This document shows, piece after piece, positions 1 through 8,223 of a DNA stretch of 64,000 bases. The first letter of the stretch is position 1, and each line of letters opens with the position of its first letter. The position numbers were made by a program, and so were the translations under genes. The notes beneath the pieces were generated by a model. The model was given only the letters and a program-made list of their open reading frames with translations. It did no database searches and was not told the DNA's origin. Source of the DNA: an uncultured Clostridia bacterium (lineage in GTDB: Bacteria; Bacillota; Clostridia; Christensenellales; CAG-314); contig CALVLA010000002.1 of NCBI GenBank assembly GCA_944336125.1, forward strand, positions 23,132 to 87,131, read 5' to 3'.

Positions 1-58
1 TGTCGCCGTTAAAGTTTCAAAAGCTGAAATAGAAAAATGGTTTAAGAGGGTTGTCTGA
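1..58 (+). CDS. mutL: 3' end of an upstream gene, probably DNA mismatch repair protein MutL (partial)
   Basis: Open frame 2..55 (..VAVKVSKAEIEKWFKRVV) ends at TGA 56-58, overlapping the miaA ATG (TGATG). The tail resembles the MutL C-terminus, and mutL-miaA is a common synteny. Confidence 0.4.
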   Translation, partial: VAVKVSKAEIEKWFKRVV

Positions 59-981
59 TGAAGCCGATTTTAGGAATTTTAGGACCAACCGCAGTAGGAA
101 AAAGCAAGCTTGCACTAAATCTGGCGCAACAGATAAACACCGAAATCATTTCTGCCGATTCAATGCAAATTTACAAAAAATTTGATATAGGTACGGCAAA
201 AGCGTCTCTGCAAGAGCGAACTCTCGTTAAACATCATCTTATCGATATCGCTGAGCCTTATGAAAACTTCAGTAGCTATTTTTTTAAAATTGAAACAGAA
301 AAAGTACTTAAAGAGTTTGAGGAAAAGGACAAAGTGCCTCTCATAGTAGGAGGCACGGGATTTTTTTTCAATAATCTGCTTTTTGAATTTGATTTTGAAG
401 AGGGGCAAAACCAGCAGGAAATTCGCCAAAAATTGCAAGAAGATCTGACCGAACACGGAAAAGAATACATGCATAACATGTTGGAAAAATTAGACCCCGA
501 ATCGGCAAAAATCATTCACTTAAATGACACAAAAAAAGTCCTCAGGGCCATCGAAATTTTTTTGACTACAGGCAGAGCAAAATCCAGCGGCACAAATCTC
601 TCAAAAGCAAAATATCCGTATATTTTGTTCGTACTCAACAAACCGCGAGAAATCCTTTATAAAGATATAAACAAACGAGTTGACATAATGATTGCAGACG
701 GTTTAGAAGAAGAAGTGCGCGAACTTTATGAAACATTACCTAAAAACTCGCAAAGTCTTGCGGGAATAGGTTATAAAGAGTTGATAAAGTATTTCAATGG
801 GGAAATTTCAAAAGATCAAGCTATAGAGCTAATTAAGCAGCACTCACGAAATTACGCAAAAAGGCAAATCACTTTTTATAAAAAAATGGATGCTATTTGG
901 CTTGACGCTCAAAAAAGTACCGATGAACTGATTTTTGAAATAAAACAGGCTTATTTTGAAAAATTTTCTATCAAAATTTAA
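58..981 (+). CDS. miaA: tRNA dimethylallyltransferase
   Basis: N-terminal P-loop GPTAVGKS and overall MiaA-like sequence, 307 aa. Confidence 0.95.
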   Translation: MKPILGILGPTAVGKSKLALNLAQQINTEIISADSMQIYKKFDIGTAKASLQERTLVKHHLIDIAEPYENFSSYFFKIETEKVLKEFEEKDKVPLIVGGTGFFFNNLLFEFDFEEGQNQQEIRQKLQEDLTEHGKEYMHNMLEKLDPESAKIIHLNDTKKVLRAIEIFLTTGRAKSSGTNLSKAKYPYILFVLNKPREILYKDINKRVDIMIADGLEEEVRELYETLPKNSQSLAGIGYKELIKYFNGEISKDQAIELIKQHSRNYAKRQITFYKKMDAIWLDAQKSTDELIFEIKQAYFEKFSIKI

Positions 982-1030
982 AATTTGTAATTTACTATTT
1001 TAAACATAGTAGAGCAGGACGAGAAAAATT

Positions 1031-2272
1031 ATGAACAATATTGAAAAAATCAAATCTTTTGTGGATAGCTGCCAAGCCGATTTGGCTGAAGAATTTAAAA
1101 AAACAGACGACACTGCGTTTTTTAATTTTAAAAAAATACACGAAGCTTTTCAAAAAAACAAGGTTGCGTTGAGGCATTTTTCAGGAACAAGCGGCTACGG
1201 ATACGATGACGCAGGACGAGACACATTGTGCAAGATTTTTGCAGATGTTTTTAAGGCGGAAAAAGCAATTTTTTCTCCGAATATCGTTTCAGGTACTCAT
1301 GCAATTACTCTGGCATTATTTGGCGTTTTGAGACCCGGAGATACTTTACTCAGTGTTTCAGGCGATATTTATGACACATTGCAAAACGTCGTTAACGGAA
1401 AAGATATTGGCTCACTTCGCGATTTCGGCATAAATTACGACCAAATTGAACTTTCCAACGGTCAAATCGACTTGTCGAAAGTTAAAGAAGTGCTGAAGTC
1501 AAACCACACAATCAAAATGGTGATGGTGCAACGCTCAAGAGGATACTGCTGGCGTTCTCCGATTGCGATAAATCAAATTGAAAAACTTGTAAAAACAGTA
1601 AAAGAGATAAATCGCGACATAGTTGTTTTCGTAGACAATTGCTATGGGGAATTTGTAGATCTTTCAGAACCTACAGAAGTTGGCGCGGATCTTATTGCAG
1701 GATCTTTGATAAAAAATCCGGGCGGCGGACTTGCTCCTACAGGCGGTTATATTGCCGGAAAATCAAATCTTGTCGACTTGGTAGCCAACAGGCTGACAGC
1801 GCCGTCTATAGGAATGGAAGTAGGTTCTTATCTCAACGGATACCAGTATTTTTACCAAGGGCTTTACCAATCCGCACACACTGTTGCCCAAGCCATAAAA
1901 GGAAGCATGCTTTTTTCATACTGCCTGTCGAAATTAGGCTTTGAAACGCTTCCTGCCCCCGGAGAAAAATTTGAGGACATTATTTGCTCAATAAAGTTCA
2001 ACACAGAGGAAGAACTCATAACATTTTGTCAAACAATTCAATACGCATCTCCGGTTGACAGTTACGTTACACCGATGCCATGGGATATGCCGGGTTATAC
2101 CGATCAGGTAATAATGGCAGCCGGCTGCTTTGTACAAGGGGCGTCCATTGAATTAAGCTGCGATTCGCCTATTAAAAAACCTTATGTAGCTTATCTGCAG
2201 GGAAGTTTAAGCTTTGAACACGCAAAACTTGCTTTGATTTATTGTTTAAACAGACTAAACTTGATTAAATAA
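1031..2272 (+). CDS. Methionine gamma-lyase family / aluminium-resistance-type PLP protein (YnbB-like)
   Basis: 413 aa; the FSGTSGYGYDDAGRD and SGTHAI segments are typical of the YnbB family. Confidence 0.85.
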   Translation: MNNIEKIKSFVDSCQADLAEEFKKTDDTAFFNFKKIHEAFQKNKVALRHFSGTSGYGYDDAGRDTLCKIFADVFKAEKAIFSPNIVSGTHAITLALFGVLRPGDTLLSVSGDIYDTLQNVVNGKDIGSLRDFGINYDQIELSNGQIDLSKVKEVLKSNHTIKMVMVQRSRGYCWRSPIAINQIEKLVKTVKEINRDIVVFVDNCYGEFVDLSEPTEVGADLIAGSLIKNPGGGLAPTGGYIAGKSNLVDLVANRLTAPSIGMEVGSYLNGYQYFYQGLYQSAHTVAQAIKGSMLFSYCLSKLGFETLPAPGEKFEDIICSIKFNTEEELITFCQTIQYASPVDSYVTPMPWDMPGYTDQVIMAAGCFVQGASIELSCDSPIKKPYVAYLQGSLSFEHAKLALIYCLNRLNLIK

Positions 2273-2305
2273 AAAAGGGGCCTATTTGGCTCCTTTAAAT
2301 TTTTC
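2273..2305. terminator. Bidirectional intrinsic terminator between ynbB-like and lexA
   Basis: Hairpin AAAGGGGCC-TATTT-GGCTCCTTT (one G-T pair), with T-runs on both strands. It overlaps the lexA stop codon. Confidence 0.6.
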
Positions 2306-2915
2306 GTATCAGACCGTTGACAACTCCCATAATTTTCAAATCTTTCACTATAATGTCGCGAAAGTTTTCGTTTTCGGGATGAAGTACACAGCAGTCTTTT
2401 TTTCTAAAAAAGCGTTTGACCGTCGCTTCGTTTTCGACAAGCGCAACGACAATATCGCCATTGTTAGCATTGTTTTGTTTTTTGACAACAACCAAATCTC
2501 CGTCGTCGATTCCCGCATTTATCATACTTTCACCGACAACTTTCAGCATAAACAAATCAGACCCGCCAAACAAGTTTTTGGAAAAAACAAAATTATCCTC
2601 ATTGTTTTCAATCGCTTCAGTAAGCAAACCGGCATGGACTCTGCCCACAAGAGGAATTGAAACACAATTGTCACCGTCGATAAAGTTTTGCTCATTTTTA
2701 ATATTGAGCGCTCGATTTTTTTGAGGCGCCTTAAGTATATCACCGCGTTTTTCAAGTTTTTGAATGTAGTAGTAAGCAGTGGCGGTGGAACTTATGTCCA
2801 GCTCCTTGCAAATTTCACGCACAGAAGGGGGAAATCCGTTTTGAGCACTGAATGTTTTGATAAAAGCAAAAACTGCATCCAGCTTGTCGTTCATTTGTCT
2901 TTTTTTGTCTGTCAT
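2295..2915 (-). CDS. lexA: LexA repressor
   Basis: wHTH N-domain (FPPSVREICKELDISSTATAYYYIQKLEKRG), Ala-Gly cleavage site (VHAG), GESM serine and VVVKK lysine. I chose the start at MTDKKRQ (ATG 2915) because the upstream ATG at 2954 lies inside the promoter/operator. Confidence 0.9.
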   Translation of the reverse strand: MTDKKRQMNDKLDAVFAFIKTFSAQNGFPPSVREICKELDISSTATAYYYIQKLEKRGDILKAPQKNRALNIKNEQNFIDGDNCVSIPLVGRVHAGLLTEAIENNEDNFVFSKNLFGGSDLFMLKVVGESMINAGIDDGDLVVVKKQNNANNGDIVVALVENEATVKRFFRKKDCCVLHPENENFRDIIVKDLKIMGVVNGLIRKI

Positions 2916-2961
2916 ACTAGAATTATAAAATATTTTGTCGAAAAATGCAAACATTTGTTTG
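2916..2961 (-). promoter_or_regulatory. lexA promoter with overlapping LexA-box-like palindrome
   Basis: On the minus strand: TTGCAT (2945-2950), 17 nt spacer, TATAAT (2922-2927), then 6 nt (tctagt) to ATG 2915. The palindrome CAAACAAATGTTTG (2948-2961) overlaps the -35. Confidence 0.6.
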
Positions 2962-2977
2962 AATTTTTTAGCATTTG

Positions 2978-4228
2978 TTATACTTCAAACTGACAGATTT
3001 TTTGATACCACGCATCACCGTCATTTATTGAAAGAATCAAATTAACTCCGTCATCGGTATTGTTGTAAAAAATAATTTTTTCCTTGGGGATTTTTCTAAG
3101 CAAACTCATTTTCGAAAACGGTAATTTAATCTTTACTTGCCTGTCATTTTCCGAAAAAACAGCGTCTATTTTATCTTTAAGCTTATCAATTCCGATATTT
3201 TGTTTAGCAGAAACAAACAAATTGTCGCCATTATTTTTCAAAAGTAGCACCTTATCAGAAGATAATTTATCTATCTTGTTATATAAAATCAACTGTCTGG
3301 CTTTTGCTCCGATTTCATTAAGCGTATTTTTTGTAACTTCAAGCTTACTGTCAACTTGCTCATCAGAAACGTCACACACAATTAAAATCAAGTCGGCAAA
3401 AACAGCTTCTTCCAAAGTTGATTTAAAAGCATTTACAATTTCATGAGGCAAATCTCTGATGAAACCGACTGTATCGGTAATCAATACTTTTTTCCCCGAA
3501 GGCAAACGCATCAATCTGGTAGTGGGGTCCAACGTTGCAAAAAGCTTGTCTTGCGCAAGCACTTTTGCCTCGGTAAGGGTATTGATCAAAGTGGATTTGC
3601 CTGCATTAGTGTATCCGACGATTGCTATTAACTTATTGTCGCTTTTTTGCCTTAACGACCGCATAATGCTGCGATTTTTTTCAAGCCGTATTATTTCTTG
3701 GTCGATAGCGCGCAATTTTTCTCTGATACGGCGCCTGTCTGTTTCAAGCTTTGTTTCGCCGGGACCTCGAGTACCTATGCCGCCCGCAAGCCTAGACAAG
3801 TTTCTTTTTGAACCGACAAGACGCGGAAGCATATATTTAAGCTGAGCCGCTTCGACCTGAAGTTTTCCTTCGGAGGTTTTAGCATGCATTGCAAATATGT
3901 CCAGAATTAACACAGTTCTGTCAATTACCCTGCAGTCAAGCAACTCTTCAAGATTGTTTATTTGATGGGGCGTCAATTCGTTGTTAAAAATAACCAAATC
4001 AACATCATTTTCATCAATAAAGTCTTTTATTTCATCGAGTTTACCTTGTCCAAGAACATGATTTTTGTCAATACTAAGCCTTTTTTGAACAACTTGTCCG
4101 ACAATTTCTCCTTCAGCCGTAAAAACAAGTTCTTTCAATTCTTCCATTGATTGTTCAAAAAACAACTCATCGATATCAATTCCGACCAAAAGACATCTCG
4201 AAATTTCTTTTTTTGTGGTTTTAATCAT
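2978..4228 (-). CDS. hflX: GTPase HflX
   Basis: GTRGPGETKLETDRR motif and G1 motif GYTNAGKSTL, 416 aa. Confidence 0.95.
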   Translation of the reverse strand: MIKTTKKEISRCLLVGIDIDELFFEQSMEELKELVFTAEGEIVGQVVQKRLSIDKNHVLGQGKLDEIKDFIDENDVDLVIFNNELTPHQINNLEELLDCRVIDRTVLILDIFAMHAKTSEGKLQVEAAQLKYMLPRLVGSKRNLSRLAGGIGTRGPGETKLETDRRRIREKLRAIDQEIIRLEKNRSIMRSLRQKSDNKLIAIVGYTNAGKSTLINTLTEAKVLAQDKLFATLDPTTRLMRLPSGKKVLITDTVGFIRDLPHEIVNAFKSTLEEAVFADLILIVCDVSDEQVDSKLEVTKNTLNEIGAKARQLILYNKIDKLSSDKVLLLKNNGDNLFVSAKQNIGIDKLKDKIDAVFSENDRQVKIKLPFSKMSLLRKIPKEKIIFYNNTDDGVNLILSINDGDAWYQKICQFEV

Positions 4229-5294
4229 CTTTTTCTCCGTTAAGTTTTACTTTTGATGCGGCATTTTTTCTTATATCTTCGCTTATAGCGGCATAATGTT
4301 TTTTTGTAGTATTTACGTCCTTGTGTCCCAGAACATCCGCTACAACGTAAATATCGCCAGTAGCACGATACAATTCCGTACCAAACGTACTACGCAATTT
4401 ATGCGGCGTAATTTTTTTCAAAGGCGTAACAACCGAAGCATATTTTTTAACAAGATTTTCCACAGCACGCACTGTTATTCTTCGTTTTTGCAGTGACAAA
4501 AACAACGCACGTTCTCCCGGAGGAACACTGTCGTCAAAACATCTCTGTTCCATGTATGCGCAAAGGGGGAATGCAACCTCCTGCGAAAAATACAAAACGA
4601 CTCGATTTCCGCCTTTTCTGGTAACCACAAAACTGTTGTTTTTTAAATCTATGTCATCAACATTAAGACCTACGCATTCGCTGATACGAATTCCTGTTCC
4701 CAAAAATAGGGCAAGCATTGCATAATCTCTAAGTTCTGTTTTCTTTTTAAAGGCATCTTGCTGTTTTGACCCAAAAGATCCTTTTGAAACCATATTGAGT
4801 AATTTTGAAATTTCGTCGCCTTCAAGCCGTATTATTTCTTTTTCGTGTAGCTTTGGCGTGTCAACGTTAGATGCTATATTTTTGCTGATTTTTCCTTTTT
4901 TAAAATAATATTTAAAAAAAGCCCTTACAGAAGAAAGCTTGCGAGCTTTGCCTCGTTCTGAATTTTTAAAAATTTCATCGTGATCGGTCGGGGAGTAATA
5001 AGACAAGTAGTTTAAAAAATTTTCAATATCACGCGTATTTAACCTGTCGATGTCACTCAACTGAAACTCTTTTGTTTTTTTGCCCAAAAACAACGGAATT
5101 TCTTTTGATAAAAAATCAAAAAATATCCTTAAGTCGTAAGCATAGTTTAATCGGGTCAAAGGAGTAGTCCTGTTTTCTATGCCTATAAAAAATTCTCTCG
5201 CAAAATCAGGTAAATCTTCAAAAATAATTTTATTTAACTTTTGAATACTTTGATAATTTCTGCCAGAAAAATAATCTTTGGTAATTTTTTTCAT
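4221..5294 (-). CDS. Tyrosine recombinase, XerC/XerD family
   Basis: Catalytic signature GTGIRISE ... HKLRSTFGT ... LGHKDVNTTKKHY. SD AAGGAA lies upstream. The stop overlaps the hflX start by 8 nt. Confidence 0.8.
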   Translation of the reverse strand: MKKITKDYFSGRNYQSIQKLNKIIFEDLPDFAREFFIGIENRTTPLTRLNYAYDLRIFFDFLSKEIPLFLGKKTKEFQLSDIDRLNTRDIENFLNYLSYYSPTDHDEIFKNSERGKARKLSSVRAFFKYYFKKGKISKNIASNVDTPKLHEKEIIRLEGDEISKLLNMVSKGSFGSKQQDAFKKKTELRDYAMLALFLGTGIRISECVGLNVDDIDLKNNSFVVTRKGGNRVVLYFSQEVAFPLCAYMEQRCFDDSVPPGERALFLSLQKRRITVRAVENLVKKYASVVTPLKKITPHKLRSTFGTELYRATGDIYVVADVLGHKDVNTTKKHYAAISEDIRKNAASKVKLNGEKDD

Positions 5295-5372
5295 AATTTG
5301 TTCCTTAAAATCAAATTGATTGTAAAATCATAATTATTTTTGCAAATTAGGTAAATTTATCAAAAATTAGTC

Positions 5373-5408
5373 AAACTATTCGCAAAACTTGTGTTTTGCG
5401 AATAGTTT
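5373..5408. terminator. 16-bp perfect hairpin downstream of the ygjP-like gene (probable terminator)
   Basis: AAACTATTCGCAAAAC-ttgt-GTTTTGCGAATAGTTT, with weak T-tracts on both strands. Confidence 0.5.
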
Positions 5409-5453
5409 TATATACATATGATACACCCTATTTCAAAAAAAATCAAGAAATAA

Positions 5454-6119
5454 TTAATCAAAAAGATTAATCAAAAAAGAATAATTTTTTAGACGCTTGC
5501 GCATTAAATCCGCATTAGGACAAAATTGTATTACTTTTTTCCAAAAAATCTGAGAGTGATTAAGCTCAAACAAATGACACAGTTCATGAATAACTATATA
5601 TTCCATCAACTCACGAGGAAGCATTGCTGTTTTTGCGTTAAGCTTAATTTCTCTGTTGGCATTACATGAACCCCATTTTGATTTTAAATGTGACACAGAA
5701 ATTTTAACCGGACACTTTCCTACTTTTTCCGCAAAATAAGCGGTACATTGAGGCAAAACTTCTTTTGCGAAGTTTAGCACAAATTTTTTCGTTGCTTCTT
5801 TTACATTTTCCTTGTTTTTTTGCGGCAAAAACAACACACCCGATTGCAGCTCGGCACGTTTTAATCCGGGCGTAAACACGATATTAACTTTTTTACCTAA
5901 AAGAAGTGTTTTTTGAAAAGAAATTATGTCGGCAAATTCATTTCTTGAAGCCGACACTTGTGCCACTTTTTCACTTATCCATTTACTCTTTTCCCTGACA
6001 AAATCATCTACTTTTTTAATATCGATGCCTTGCGGATAGCTTACTTTTACGTCACCTGCGTAAGTGATTTCAATTCGTATACTACGCCTTTTTTCACTGG
6101 GAACATAATAGACATTCAT
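5454..6119 (-). CDS. YgjP-like (DUF45 / M48-type) metal-dependent hydrolase
   Basis: HELCHLFELNHSQIFW zinc motif. The ORF-track start at 6152 is a TTG. The first ATG (6119, MNVYYVP) lies 7 nt downstream of an extended -10. Confidence 0.8.
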   Translation of the reverse strand: MNVYYVPSEKRRSIRIEITYAGDVKVSYPQGIDIKKVDDFVREKSKWISEKVAQVSASRNEFADIISFQKTLLLGKKVNIVFTPGLKRAELQSGVLFLPQKNKENVKEATKKFVLNFAKEVLPQCTAYFAEKVGKCPVKISVSHLKSKWGSCNANREIKLNAKTAMLPRELMEYIVIHELCHLFELNHSQIFWKKVIQFCPNADLMRKRLKNYSFLINLFD

Positions 6120-6136
6120 ATTTAAAATAATACCAC
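6120..6136 (-). promoter_or_regulatory. Extended -10 promoter of the ygjP-like gene (leaderless-type spacing)
   Basis: On the minus strand: TGgTATTAT (TATTAT = 6127-6132), then 7 nt (tttaaat), then ATG 6119. There is no SD. Confidence 0.45.
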
Positions 6137-6237
6137 AATACACGCAAAACAAATTGAAAATTTTGTTAAATTTTGGTTTTTCAATGTACTATGTCTGAAA
6201 TAATATTATATAAAACAGTATATTTTTAAAACATATG

Positions 6238-6272
6238 TTGACATTTTATATATGCTTTGCTAATATTAACTT
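6238..6272 (+). promoter_or_regulatory. Promoter of the padR-like gene (leaderless-type spacing)
   Basis: TTGACA (6238-6243), 17 nt spacer, TAATAT (6261-6266), then 6 nt (taactt) to ATG 6273. There is no SD. The palindrome AACATATGTT (6230-6239) abuts the -35. Confidence 0.55.
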
Positions 6273-7763
6273 ATGAGTGACTTCAAATTTTTAAAAGGCA
6301 ATGTTGAAACCATTATATTAAACGCCCTTTACAACGGCGATAAGTACGGTTATGAAATTGCTAAGGAAATAAAAGAAAAAACAGATAACCAGTACGAAAT
6401 AAAACAACCAACCCTTTACGGTTATCTCAAACGCCTTCAATCACAAGGACTCATCGAGTTTTACTGGGGAGAAGAGTCGTTCGGCGGCAGAAGAAAATAT
6501 TTTCGACTTACCGACGACGGCAAAAAAACTTGTGAACAATATATGTCGGAATGGAATTTTCACAAAAATATTCTTGACAGTCTTGTCGCAAAATCAGAAG
6601 ACGACATTCCCCCGTTTACACCTGATAAAAACGCATTTTTAGGATCAAAATCTTCTTTAAAAAGGCAAAAAGCCAAAAAACAAATTCAGGACTCTGACCA
6701 AAGCCAGCAACTTCACGAAAAATTATTACAGCTCGCCGCACAAAATAGCGATGAAGTTAAAATTACTGATGACACCCCATCTTACGAAATTGATTTTAAT
6801 GAGGAAAGCCAAGGACAATTTTCATTTTCAGATTTTTCGGAAGAGCCTATTATAATTAGACGCGAAGAAAAACCGGTTATAGACATATTTCATCAGGATT
6901 TTGAACAACCTGAAGAACCAGAGAAAGAAGAAATTATACAAACTAACACTTCCGAAGAATTACCTCGCATTGAAAGTGAAGAAAAATATCTTGTTTCTCC
7001 GGATACTGCAAAATATAGCGAACAACGCTCAGAATTTTTAGATTCGTTGATTTTAAATCAACAGCACGAAAACAACGTTACACTCTCCACCGAAACGCCA
7101 AAACAACCGGAAGAAAGCGAAACAGAAAAGCAATATAAGGTAATTTTAGGAAAACTGCTCGGAGATCAAATAAAAGACACGGACGAAAAAGTTAAACAAA
7201 TTTCACCAAAAACCGTGACCGTCAAGGAAGCCGAAGAAATTAACAGCGACGTTTCACTGACGGAGCTTGCAGACAAATACGCAAAAGAAGGCTATCGCAT
7301 ACGTTTTTACAATACGGCAACATCACAATACAGAGCCGTCCCTATGCTAATTAAAAACAAAATCAACTGCATCACTGCTTGGGCTACACTTTGCTTATTT
7401 TATCTCCTCTCTCTATTAATGTGGATAGTCGGAGGAAGCGCAGTAAGCTTTTCGATTTTTGCAATTGGCGCAATAGTATTTCTGCTTGTACCACTTTATT
7501 ACACATATGTTTACGTATCCAAGCCGAATATAAGAATAAAACCTAATCATGATTTTAAGCATTCGCTAGTAAACAAACTTATTGTTTTTATATTTCTTGC
7601 AGCGGTACTGCTTTGCATAGATCTGTTGCTGGCAAAAATTGATTTTGGCAATATAGCAGAACTTATTTATAAATTTGTTTTGCCTTGTACTTTTTTCGCA
7701 ATGCTTCCCGCTTCTGAAATAATTTACAAATATTTCTTGAAATCTAAAAAGTTTTATAATTAA
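6273..7763 (+). CDS. PadR-family winged-helix regulator fused to an acidic linker and a C-terminal 4-TM domain
   Basis: The N-terminal ~95 aa are PadR-like (YGYEIAKEI...QPTLYGYLKRLQSQGLIEFYW...RKYFRLTDDGK). They are followed by a ~270 aa E/D/Q/S-rich region and then four hydrophobic helices in the last ~140 aa. Confidence 0.75.
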   Translation: MSDFKFLKGNVETIILNALYNGDKYGYEIAKEIKEKTDNQYEIKQPTLYGYLKRLQSQGLIEFYWGEESFGGRRKYFRLTDDGKKTCEQYMSEWNFHKNILDSLVAKSEDDIPPFTPDKNAFLGSKSSLKRQKAKKQIQDSDQSQQLHEKLLQLAAQNSDEVKITDDTPSYEIDFNEESQGQFSFSDFSEEPIIIRREEKPVIDIFHQDFEQPEEPEKEEIIQTNTSEELPRIESEEKYLVSPDTAKYSEQRSEFLDSLILNQQHENNVTLSTETPKQPEESETEKQYKVILGKLLGDQIKDTDEKVKQISPKTVTVKEAEEINSDVSLTELADKYAKEGYRIRFYNTATSQYRAVPMLIKNKINCITAWATLCLFYLLSLLMWIVGGSAVSFSIFAIGAIVFLLVPLYYTYVYVSKPNIRIKPNHDFKHSLVNKLIVFIFLAAVLLCIDLLLAKIDFGNIAELIYKFVLPCTFFAMLPASEIIYKYFLKSKKFYN

Positions 7764-7792
7764 AAAATCAGTCGCAAGACTGATTTTTTTTG
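7764..7792. terminator. Bidirectional terminator shared by the convergent padR-like and rnhA genes
   Basis: ATCAGTC-GCAA-GACTGAT, followed by T8 on the plus strand and T5 on the minus strand. The hairpin lies inside the last rnhA codons (..NQSCD*). Confidence 0.7.
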
Positions 7793-8223
7793 CATTTTTG
7801 TATCTGTTCGCGAGCAATCTCATCGCAACGATTATTAAATTCGTTATCCGAATGCCCCTTTACTTTTAGATATCTGACTTTGTGTCGCTGCATTTCAAGC
7901 AAAAGTTCTTTCCACAAGTCCTGGTTTTTAACTTCGCTTTTACCAGCTGTTTTCCATTTCGAAGCCTGCCACTGCTCTACCCACCCCTTATTGAAAGCAT
8001 CTGCGACATAAGCGGAATCGGTATAAACTTCAACGTCACAGCCCTCTTTCAAATTTTTTAAAGCCATAATCACAGCAAACATTTCCATTCGGTTGTTGGT
8101 GGTCAGTTTGTCGTATCCGGAGCAAACTTTTTCATGGCCGTTGTACATAAGTATTGCGCCCCAGCCGCCTACTCCCGGATTTCCGGAGCACGCGCCGTCA
8201 GTATATATCGTTACTTTTTTCAT
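7768..8223 (-). CDS. rnhA: Ribonuclease HI
   Basis: IYTDGACSGNPGVGGWG and TNNRMEM motifs, 151 aa. Confidence 0.9.
   Translation of the reverse strand: MKKVTIYTDGACSGNPGVGGWGAILMYNGHEKVCSGYDKLTTNNRMEMFAVIMALKNLKEGCDVEVYTDSAYVADAFNKGWVEQWQASKWKTAGKSEVKNQDLWKELLLEMQRHKVRYLKVKGHSDNEFNNRCDEIAREQIQKCKKNQSCD

Noticed and set aside
2916-2954. A longer lexA start (MFAFFDKIFYNSS...) at ATG 2954.
   Set aside because: That ATG lies inside the predicted -35/operator, upstream of the TATAAT box. LexA homology begins after the MTDKK start.
4221-5294. The tyrosine recombinase as a marker of a prophage or integrative element.
   Set aside because: Both flanks are housekeeping or unrelated single genes, and the gene is translationally coupled to hflX. 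I see no att-like repeats, phage genes or adjacent tRNA target. It is treated as a resident Xer-family gene and kept as a low-interest finding.
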